Source of the DNA: Fidelibacterota bacterium
GTDB taxonomy: Bacteria; Fidelibacterota; Fidelibacteria; Fidelibacterales; DSDE01
Length of the DNA stretch: 22,217 nt
Assembly: GCA_046735395.1 (NCBI GenBank)
Contig: JBJKQR010000032.1
Location: forward strand, 1-22,217
Reading direction: 5' to 3'
Below, piece by piece: positions 1 to 7,789 of this stretch (position 1 is its first letter; each line of letters begins with the position of its first letter). The notes under the pieces are model-generated. The model was not told the origin of the DNA. It did no database searches and saw only the letters and a program-made list of their open reading frames with translations. A program made the position numbers and the translations under genes.

Positions 1-99
1 CTGGATCTGGAATATCGCGCCCCGCTGACGCCCGAAAAAGTGCTTCTTGCCCTGGCGCATTGTGAAAAATATGCAGACTCACCGCAGTCCGATACGTAA
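1..99 (+). CDS. 3' end of an upstream gene (partial), probably a xanthine dehydrogenase-family molybdopterin-binding subunit
   Basis: Frame 1 reads LDLEYRAPLTPEKVLLALAHCEKYADSPQSDT* with TAA at 97-99. APLTPEKVL matches the P-x-T-P-E-K/R-V-L C-terminal motif of XdhB/CoxL-type subunits, and the purine-catabolism context fits. Confidence 0.6.
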   Translation: MDLEYRAPLTPEKVLLALAHCEKYADSPQSDT

Positions 100-121
100 A
101 TTTGATTTGGAAGGAAAATGA

Positions 122-2602
122 ATGAAAACTGATTCACAGATGATTTTAACGGATGCTCAACTGGACGCGGAATTGTCCCGCTGTCAGTACTGTGCGGAAA
201 AAAGTTGTATGCAGGCCTGTCCGGCCGGTGTCTCTCCGGCAGATTTTATCATGGCCGCAAAAGTGGGTGATACTCCGGATATCGAGCGCTCCGCAGCTTT
301 GATTTACAGTCAGAACCCTCTGGCGGCCGTATGTGGCGCTGTCTGCCCCGATACCTTCTGCATGGCGGCCTGTTCCCATGATTCCTTTGATGTACCGGTC
401 AATATTCCGGCACTGCAGGCGACGCTTGCCTATAAGGCCCGTCAGCAGGGAAATATCCGGGTGAAGGCGGAGAAAGCTGCAACACAAAAAACGGTGGCCG
501 TGATCGGCGCCGGCCCCTCAGGACTTGCGGTGGCTGCGTCTCTGGCCCTTGCCGGACATCTGGTCGATATTTTTGAAAAAAATGAGAAACCCGGCGGTAT
601 GACCCGGCTCATCCCGGAAGAACGCCTTTCTCCCGAACTGCTGTCTGCGGATCTCGATTTTATCCGGCAGATTCCCAATATCAAATTTCATACAGGCAGG
701 CCCATCGAATCGGCCCAAAAGCTGAAAACGGAGGGGAACTATGCGGCGGTCGTCGTGGGAACCGGCCTGGACAAACCTTTTATTCTGGATATTCCGGGAA
801 AGGATCTGGCCTATGACTGGCTGGAATTTCTTCAGAATTCCGGTTTATCCGGAAAACGCGTTGCCGTCGTGGGCGGAGGCGCTGTTGCCGTGGACTGCGC
901 GGCTGCAGCCCGGAAGCGCGGTGCAGACTCTGTAACCCTTGTCTGTCTGGAAAAACCCTCTGAAATGGCGCTGGACAGCAAGGAACGGCAGAGCCTTTTT
1001 CATCATGGTTATGACCTCAGCCCCCGGACCCGCATTACTGCAATCCGGAAATCCGGCGGAGATCTGGAACTGGCCTGCCGCAAAGTGGATCTGAAAGCCG
1101 GAATGCCCTTTCATCCTAAAAATATGAACGATATGGAAGAGACGGATCATACGCTGAAAACGGATCTGGTCGTGTTTGCCATCGGATCCGGCAGCGGTCG
1201 GGCTCCGGAAGAGGGAGACGGGCTGTTCCGCACCGGAGATCTGAACCATGGTCCCTCCACGGTGGTCGAGGCCATCGCTTCCGGAAAAAATACGGCCGAG
1301 CTGATCATGGAATATCTGGAAGGGATACCGGGAATTGCGCCTGAGCAGCCGCGGCGTTCCGTCAATACCCTGCCGGGAATTCTGGATGACAGTCTGTCCC
1401 TGAAAACGGAGTTCTTCGGGCGGACCATCAATTCTCCCTTTCTCCTGTCCGCGGCTCCGCCCTCGGATGGTTACGGGCAGATGAAGAAGGCTTATGAAGC
1501 CGGATGGGCCGGCGGTGTCATGAAGACCGCCTTTGACGGACTGGATATCCATATTCCCGGTGAATATATGTTTGTGCTGAACGACAGGACCTTCGGCAAC
1601 GCTGACAATGTGAGCAGCCATCCGCTCGATCGTGTCTGTGATGAAATATCCCGTCTCGTCTCGGAATTTCCCGACCGTCTGACCATGGCTTCCACCGGCG
1701 GGCCGGTCACGGGTGACGATGCGGCGGACTCCGCCGTATGGCAGAGCAATACCCGCAAACTTGAGCAGGCGGGGGCTATGGGTATCGAGTACAGCCTTTC
1801 CTGTCCTCAGGGCGGGGACGGAACCAAGGGTGACATTGTCTCTCAGGATGCCGAGCTCACTGCAAAAATCGTCGATTGGGTCATGTCCGTCAGCGATGGC
1901 AGCATTCCCAAACTTTTCAAGCTCACCGGGGCTGTCACAGCCATTTATCCCATTCTCGATGCGATTCAGGGAGTCTTCAAAAAATACCCGGATAAAAAGG
2001 CCGGCGTGACTCTGGCCAATACCTTTCCCGGTATGGAATTTCGGCCGGCGGCCGGCAGCGGCTGGGAGGAGGGTGTCATAATCGGGCTCTCCGGTGAGGG
2101 GATTCTTCCCATTTCCAACCTGACTCTGGCCAATGCATCCCGTTTCAATATGGCCATTTCCGGGAATGGCGGACCCATGGATTACCGGGGCGCCGTGAAC
2201 TTCCTGGCCCTCGGCGCGGAAACGGTGCAGTTCTGCAGCATTGTCATGAAGTACGGATATGGAATTATTGACGAACTGCATCAGGGCCTCCGATACTTCA
2301 TGAAATCCCGGGCTTACGCAGCGGTGAAGGATGTCATCGGCGCCGCGCTGCCCGAACCTGTCACCGGGTTCATGGATCTGTCCCCCGTGAAGAAAATCTC
2401 ATCCCCGAATCCGGAGCTCTGCGTCAGCTGCGGCAACTGCACACGCTGTCCCTATATGGCGATTCAGCTGGATGAAAACCGCCTTCCGCTTATCGATGCG
2501 TCCCGCTGCATCGGCTGTTCCTTCTGTACGAAGAATTGCTTCGCGGGAGCCCTGTCCATGCGGACGAGAACGGTTGAAGAACTGGCTGTAACGCCTGATT
2601 AG
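122..2602 (+). CDS. Single-chain dihydropyrimidine dehydrogenase-like flavo-iron-sulfur oxidoreductase (PreT/GltD module fused to a PreA/DHODH FMN barrel and a C-terminal 2x[4Fe-4S] domain)
   Basis: N-terminal Fe-S motifs CQYCAEKSCMQACP and CGAVCPDTFCMAAC. FAD motif VIGAGPSG and NAD(P) motif VVGGGAVAVDCA. FMN-barrel motifs VMKTAF, SLSCPQG, FKLT, ANT, GLSG, SGNGG and QFCS. C-terminal CVSCGNCTRCP and CIGCSFCTKNC. GGAAGGA RBS upstream. Confidence 0.85.
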   Translation: MKTDSQMILTDAQLDAELSRCQYCAEKSCMQACPAGVSPADFIMAAKVGDTPDIERSAALIYSQNPLAAVCGAVCPDTFCMAACSHDSFDVPVNIPALQATLAYKARQQGNIRVKAEKAATQKTVAVIGAGPSGLAVAASLALAGHLVDIFEKNEKPGGMTRLIPEERLSPELLSADLDFIRQIPNIKFHTGRPIESAQKLKTEGNYAAVVVGTGLDKPFILDIPGKDLAYDWLEFLQNSGLSGKRVAVVGGGAVAVDCAAAARKRGADSVTLVCLEKPSEMALDSKERQSLFHHGYDLSPRTRITAIRKSGGDLELACRKVDLKAGMPFHPKNMNDMEETDHTLKTDLVVFAIGSGSGRAPEEGDGLFRTGDLNHGPSTVVEAIASGKNTAELIMEYLEGIPGIAPEQPRRSVNTLPGILDDSLSLKTEFFGRTINSPFLLSAAPPSDGYGQMKKAYEAGWAGGVMKTAFDGLDIHIPGEYMFVLNDRTFGNADNVSSHPLDRVCDEISRLVSEFPDRLTMASTGGPVTGDDAADSAVWQSNTRKLEQAGAMGIEYSLSCPQGGDGTKGDIVSQDAELTAKIVDWVMSVSDGSIPKLFKLTGAVTAIYPILDAIQGVFKKYPDKKAGVTLANTFPGMEFRPAAGSGWEEGVIIGLSGEGILPISNLTLANASRFNMAISGNGGPMDYRGAVNFLALGAETVQFCSIVMKYGYGIIDELHQGLRYFMKSRAYAAVKDVIGAALPEPVTGFMDLSPVKKISSPNPELCVSCGNCTRCPYMAIQLDENRLPLIDASRCIGCSFCTKNCFAGALSMRTRTVEELAVTPD

Positions 2603-2611
2603 GAGTATTAC

Positions 2612-3934
2612 ATGACGACTGTACTGATAAAAAATGCCACGATACTGACTCTCGGTAAGCAGAACCGTGTTCTATCCGGCCACGATTGTCTGATCCGGGA
2701 CGGAAAAATTGAGAAGATTGATGCAAATATTACCATAAAGGCGGACAGCACCATCAATGCTTCCGGAAAAGTGCTCATGCCGGGGATGATCAATGCCCAC
2801 ATGCATTTTTACAGCACCCTGGTCCGGGGCCTGGGCAAAGCCGAGCCGTCGAAGGATTTTCAGGAAGTTCTGGAACATCTGTGGTGGCGCCTCGACAAGA
2901 AACTGAGCCGGGAGGATGTGTATTATTCCACTCTGGTGATGGCGGTGGAAGCCATTCGCAAGGGAACGACCACGCTCATTGATCACCACGCCAGTCCGGG
3001 ATTTGTCCGGGGAAGCCTGAATGAGATTGCCGGGGCCATAGAGCAGACCGGCCTGCGGGCATCCCTGTGCTATGAGGTGTCAGATCGGGACGGAGAGCAG
3101 ATTATTGATGAGGGACTTGAGGAAAATGCCGATTTTATCCGGCGGGTCTCACGCGATGGCGGAGATCAATTCCGGGCTCTCTTCGGGCTTCATGCCTCAT
3201 TCACCCTGTCGGACCGCACGCTGAAGCGGGCCGCAGATCTGGCCCGGAGCCTGAATGCAGGATTTCATGTTCACGTGGCCGAGGCCGCATCGGATCAGGC
3301 CCGGTCCCGGGAATTGTATGGAGCGGGCGTGGTGCAGCGCTTGAAGAATTTCGGTATTCTGGGTCCGGACACCATAGCTGCCCATTGCATTCATCTGTCG
3401 GATGAGGAGATGGACACGCTGGCGGAAAGCCGCACTTTCGTGGTTCATAATCCGCAGAGCAATCTCAATAATGCCGTCGGCATCGCGGATATTGTAAAGA
3501 TGAATGAAAAGGGAATCCGGGTCGGGCTGGGAACGGATGCCATGACGGTGAATATGTTCGAGGAAGTGCGTGTCGCTCTCTGGGCTCAGCACCTGCTTCA
3601 GAAAAATCCCTCAGCTGCCTTTATGGATGCGGCGGGAGCCCTGTTCTTCACAAACGCGGAAATCGCCGCTCATTACTGGGGAATGCCGCTGGGAACCCTC
3701 AGCGAAGGCGGCCCGGCGGATATGACACTTCTGGATTATTGTCCTCCCACGCCTCTGAACGGAGATACGGTGCTGGGACATCTGGTCTTCGGCCTTTCGC
3801 AGGCCGTGGTCGATACGACGATCGTGGGCGGACGGATTCTGATGCAGAACCGGGACCTGAAGATCGGGATTGATGAACGAGAGATGGCGGAGCGGTCCAG
3901 AGAATCTGCACGGAAACTGTGGGACCGGTTCTGA
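2612..3934 (+). CDS. ssnA: SsnA-family amidohydrolase (putative aminohydrolase)
   Basis: NAHMHFYS (HxH metal site), LWWRLDKKL, TTLIDHHASP, LFGLHASFTLSD, FHVHVAE, HNPQSNLNNAVG and GLGTD. AGGAG RBS. Located next to ygeY as in known clusters. Confidence 0.85.
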   Translation: MTTVLIKNATILTLGKQNRVLSGHDCLIRDGKIEKIDANITIKADSTINASGKVLMPGMINAHMHFYSTLVRGLGKAEPSKDFQEVLEHLWWRLDKKLSREDVYYSTLVMAVEAIRKGTTTLIDHHASPGFVRGSLNEIAGAIEQTGLRASLCYEVSDRDGEQIIDEGLEENADFIRRVSRDGGDQFRALFGLHASFTLSDRTLKRAADLARSLNAGFHVHVAEAASDQARSRELYGAGVVQRLKNFGILGPDTIAAHCIHLSDEEMDTLAESRTFVVHNPQSNLNNAVGIADIVKMNEKGIRVGLGTDAMTVNMFEEVRVALWAQHLLQKNPSAAFMDAAGALFFTNAEIAAHYWGMPLGTLSEGGPADMTLLDYCPPTPLNGDTVLGHLVFGLSQAVVDTTIVGGRILMQNRDLKIGIDEREMAERSRESARKLWDRF

Positions 3935-3984
3935 GAATCGGGCCGGCATTGAGCTAAACACAAAAACAGCAATCGGGAAAAATA

Positions 3985-5196
3985 ATGAATCCATATCAGA
4001 AAATTTATGACCGAGCCAGAGAATTGGAGCAGGAAACGGCTGAACTTCTGGTGGAACTGGTTTCCACACCGTCTTTTTCAGGAAAGGAAAAGGATGTGGT
4101 AGCCCTGATAAAACGCAGGATGGAAGCAGACGGTTTTGACGAAGTGCGGATTGACGGGCTGGGAAATGTCATCGGCCGCATCGGATCCGGCCCGCGGGTT
4201 CTGGCCTTTGATGCCCATATTGACACGGTCTATCCCGGGGACGCATCCCTGTGGAAGGACGATCCATTCAAAGGGTTTATCCGCGATGGCCTGGTGCATG
4301 GCCGGGGAACGGTGGATCAGAAGGGCGGGATGGCCTCCATGATCACCGCAGCGAAGATTATCAGGGAATTGGATCTGAATAAGGAATTCACCCTCTATTT
4401 CACCGGGACGGTCATGGAAGAGGACTGCGACGGCCTCTGCTGGAATTATCTCATCAATGAAGAGAACATTCGTCCGGAAATGACGGTGATTACCGAGCCC
4501 ACAAATCTGAATATTTACCGCGGACACCGGGGACGAATGGAGATGTCCGTTGAAATGAAGGGCCTGAGCTGTCACGCCTCAGCTCCGGAACGGGGTGACA
4601 ATGCCATTTATAAATTATCACGGATCGCTCTGGAGATAGAAAAGCTGCATGACCGGCTGAAGGACGATCCCTTCCTCGGGAAAGGCAGTATCGCCGTGAC
4701 ACAGTTCTTTTTTGAAGGACCCAGCCAGTGTGCGGTTCCGGATGCGGCTAAAATTATGCTGGACCGGCGGCTGACAGCCGGTGAAACGAAGGAATCGGCC
4801 GTGGCGGAAGTTCGTGACGCAGCGGCCCGGGCGGGATATCCGGATGCGGCTGTGGCCGTGCTGAATTATGCGGAACCTGCCTACACGGGCCTGGTCTATA
4901 AAATGGAAAAATATTATCCCACCTGGGTGACGGAAAAGGACAGCAGCTATGTACAGTCCGCCATCCGGGCATTCAGGGGAATTCTGGACAGGGACCCGCT
5001 GGTGGATAAATGGACTTTCAGTACCAACGGGATTGCCATTGCCGGACTGCATGGCATACCCTGTATCGGTTTCGGGCCGGGGAATGAAGTTTATGCCCAT
5101 GCACCCAACGAAAGCACTCCGGTGGAACATTTATCGGTTGCCGCGGCGTTTTATGCCGCTCTGGTCGCCGATTTGAACGGCTTGAAGAGCGTATAG
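3985..5196 (+). CDS. ygeY: YgeY-family M20 metallohydrolase (carbamoylase-like)
   Basis: FDAHIDTV, GRGTVDQKGG, GTVMEEDCDGLCW, ITEPT, YRGHRGRME, SCHASAPERGDNAIYK, DKWTFSTNG and GFGPGNEVYAHAPNE, which are characteristic of YgeY. Confidence 0.9.
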   Translation: MNPYQKIYDRARELEQETAELLVELVSTPSFSGKEKDVVALIKRRMEADGFDEVRIDGLGNVIGRIGSGPRVLAFDAHIDTVYPGDASLWKDDPFKGFIRDGLVHGRGTVDQKGGMASMITAAKIIRELDLNKEFTLYFTGTVMEEDCDGLCWNYLINEENIRPEMTVITEPTNLNIYRGHRGRMEMSVEMKGLSCHASAPERGDNAIYKLSRIALEIEKLHDRLKDDPFLGKGSIAVTQFFFEGPSQCAVPDAAKIMLDRRLTAGETKESAVAEVRDAAARAGYPDAAVAVLNYAEPAYTGLVYKMEKYYPTWVTEKDSSYVQSAIRAFRGILDRDPLVDKWTFSTNGIAIAGLHGIPCIGFGPGNEVYAHAPNESTPVEHLSVAAAFYAALVADLNGLKSV

Positions 5197-5210
5197 ACAG
5201 GACCGGTGGA

Positions 5211-6407
5211 ATGATTCCTTTTCAGTATCGCTGTTCGGAATGCGGCAGAAAATTTGAACGAAATACGGTTCGCTATCTCTGTCCGGACTGCAGCCGGGAC
5301 TACCGGCCGGGCATGCCGCTGAAAGGCGTATTGCTGGTGGAATTTGATTATGAGCGCCTGAGGGATGAATTCGACAGAAAGAATCCGGACTGGTCTCTGT
5401 TCCTGCCGGTTGAGAAGGAGTATTTTCCCGGCCTGCCTGTGGGTGCTACACCCTTTCACGCTGTTCCGAGGCTTTTTGGTGATCGGGCCTGTCCGAATGT
5501 CTGGCTGAAGAATGACGGACTGAATCCCAGCGGCAGTCTCAAGGACAGGGCATCGTGGCTGATGGTGGCGGAAGCGAAGCGTCTTGGTGAAAAAGTGGTT
5601 ACCGCGGCCAGTACGGGAAATGCCGGCTCGGCCCTGGCGGCCATCTGTGCTGCCGAGGGTCTGACCGCCCGTCTCTTTGTACCGGCATCGGCTCCGGCGG
5701 CTAAACTGCTTCAGAGCCGTCTCTACGGCGCCGACCTTGTGGAGGTTCAGGGAACCTATGATGATGCCTTCCGTCTGTCTCTGGAAGATACGGCGCTGCA
5801 CGGCGGGCTGAACCGGAATACGGCTTACCATCCTCTCACCATCGAGGGAAAGAAGACAGCCGGACTGGAAATATTTGCCGCGAATACCTTCCATGTGCCG
5901 GATGTGATCTTTGTTCCCGTCGGTGACGGCGTGATTCTCGCCGGGATCTGGAAAGGGTTTTATGATTTGATGAAATGTGGCATCAGCGGGAGCATGCCAC
6001 GTCTGATCGGCGTACAGGCCGACTCGTCGGATGCCATTGCAAACTGGCTGGCGACGGGACGTTACCGGGATGCGGCGGATCCTGCGACCCTCGCGGATTC
6101 CATCTCGGTGCGCTGTCCGAGCAATGCGCGGCTGGCTGTGGATATTCTGCAGCAGGACGGAAATGATGCCATAACCGTATCGGATGAGGAAATCAGTGAT
6201 GCCCAGCTGCTGCTTGCCCGTCGGTCGGGTGTCTTTGCCGAACCTGCCGCTGCAGCGGCTGTGGCCGGAATGAAAAAAGCGATCGGGCAGGCAATGGTGG
6301 ACCGGGATGAACAGGCGGTTCTGCTGATAACCGGGAATGGCCTGAAGGATGTGGATGGCGCGCGCAGAAGTTTAAAGGCCCGCAGTTTGGGCTATGAGGA
6401 AAACTGA
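5211..6407 (+). CDS. Threonine synthase-like PLP-dependent enzyme (fold type II) with an N-terminal Zn-ribbon
   Basis: CSEC...CPDC zinc ribbon, PLP-lysine motif NPSGSLKDR, ASTGNAG, VPVGDG, GVFAEPAAA and ITGNGLKD. True ThrC activity is doubtful (see findings). Confidence 0.8.
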   Translation: MIPFQYRCSECGRKFERNTVRYLCPDCSRDYRPGMPLKGVLLVEFDYERLRDEFDRKNPDWSLFLPVEKEYFPGLPVGATPFHAVPRLFGDRACPNVWLKNDGLNPSGSLKDRASWLMVAEAKRLGEKVVTAASTGNAGSALAAICAAEGLTARLFVPASAPAAKLLQSRLYGADLVEVQGTYDDAFRLSLEDTALHGGLNRNTAYHPLTIEGKKTAGLEIFAANTFHVPDVIFVPVGDGVILAGIWKGFYDLMKCGISGSMPRLIGVQADSSDAIANWLATGRYRDAADPATLADSISVRCPSNARLAVDILQQDGNDAITVSDEEISDAQLLLARRSGVFAEPAAAAAVAGMKKAIGQAMVDRDEQAVLLITGNGLKDVDGARRSLKARSLGYEEN

Positions 6408-6418
6408 GAGGTGTACTC

Positions 6419-7789
6419 ATGACTGAATTGCTGATTACACATGGCCGGATCTGGACTCCGAACGGATTTCAGCTCCTGGATATTTTTATTCGGGACGAGC
6501 AGATCAGTCAGATTGCAGCACCCGGAACACTGAAGGGGTCACCCGAAAATACGGTGGATGCGGAGGGGTACCGGATCCTTCCGGGATTTATGGATATGCA
6601 TGTTCATATCGACGACAGTATCGCCGGATTTGAGCTGGCGGATTCCTGGAACAGCGCGTCTGAACTGGCCCTGCTGAACGGAATTACTACCCTGGGGAGT
6701 TTTGTGACGCAGAGCGGGGGTGAGACTCTCGGAACCGGTCTCGGCCGCAGCAGGAAACGCGCAGCGGGACACAGCCACTGTGATTATTTTTTTCATGTGA
6801 CACCTACCGGTGAGCCTGATCAGATTCAGAAAGATTTACAGATGCTTGGGGACGAGGGGATTCACACTCTCAAGCTGTATAGTACCTATCGTGAAGCCGG
6901 GATTTTTTCAGATTATGAGCGTATTGACGCCATTGCCGCCCTCGCGGCGGAGAGTGGTTTCCGGGTTCTGGTTCATTGCGAGGATGATGAGGAAATTCAT
7001 GGCCTGAAGCGGGATCATCCCTGTCCAGAAGGTCCTGACTGCTATCCTCTGCTTCGGCCGGAAAGCTCGGAAATCCGGGCTGTCCGAGCGGTCATCGACA
7101 TCGCGGAAAACCGTGGTGCCCGCTTTCATATCGTCCACGTGTCCACAGACCTGGCCGCCGACCTGCTGATCCGGGCCTCGGAACATCTGGATATCACGTT
7201 TGAAACCGCTCCTCAGTATCTGATGCTGAACAGCCGGAATCTGGGGGGTGAGGCCGGACATCATTTTCTGTGTACTCCTCCGCTTCGCCATGAAACTACC
7301 CGGAAACGGCTGTATGACCTGGCGAAATCCGGCCGTATTCCCATATTTGCAACCGATCACTGCGCATTTTCACTGAAAGATAAAGACATGAACCGGAAAA
7401 ACTGGGAACGGGTTCCCAGCGGAATAGCCGGACTGGGTGCGCTGGTGCCGGCAGTTTCTACGCTGGCCGGCGAGACTTTTTCGGAGGAAAAGCTGGCTTT
7501 TCTGGCAGAACATCTGAGTAAGAATCCGGCAGCTGCCATGGGATTAGCCCAAAAGGGAAAAATACAGCCGGGCTGCGATGCGGACCTGGTTTTTATTAAA
7601 GCGGCTGAGACGCCCCGCCCTGTCCGCAGCAGCCTGAGTGACAGTCCGGAACCCTATCCGGACCTGACATCGGATCTGAACATATCCCGTGTATTCCTTC
7701 GCGGCCGATGCGTGGTGAAGGATGGAGAATTGATACCCGGCCAGAACGCGGAAGGACGGGAAGTACGATCAGAGAGGTTGAAAGGATGA
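6419..7789 (+). CDS. Cyclic amidohydrolase of the dihydropyrimidinase/hydantoinase type (HyuA-like)
   Basis: PGFMDMHVH (HxH), LKLYSTY (carbamylated Lys position), VHCED, HIVHVST, ETAPQYL, CTPPLR, ATDHCAF and KGKIQPGCDADLV. GAGG RBS. Confidence 0.8.
   Translation: MTELLITHGRIWTPNGFQLLDIFIRDEQISQIAAPGTLKGSPENTVDAEGYRILPGFMDMHVHIDDSIAGFELADSWNSASELALLNGITTLGSFVTQSGGETLGTGLGRSRKRAAGHSHCDYFFHVTPTGEPDQIQKDLQMLGDEGIHTLKLYSTYREAGIFSDYERIDAIAALAAESGFRVLVHCEDDEEIHGLKRDHPCPEGPDCYPLLRPESSEIRAVRAVIDIAENRGARFHIVHVSTDLAADLLIRASEHLDITFETAPQYLMLNSRNLGGEAGHHFLCTPPLRHETTRKRLYDLAKSGRIPIFATDHCAFSLKDKDMNRKNWERVPSGIAGLGALVPAVSTLAGETFSEEKLAFLAEHLSKNPAAAMGLAQKGKIQPGCDADLVFIKAAETPRPVRSSLSDSPEPYPDLTSDLNISRVFLRGRCVVKDGELIPGQNAEGREVRSERLKG

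Noticed and set aside
845..2281. 478-aa minus-strand ORF
   Set aside because: Antisense shadow of a motif-rich + strand gene in GC-rich DNA, with no recognisable domain.
7708..7785. Longer N-terminus for the Xdh large subunit
   Set aside because: It would overlap the hydantoinase by 82 bp. ATG 7786 gives a typical ATGA coupling and a family-like N-terminus.
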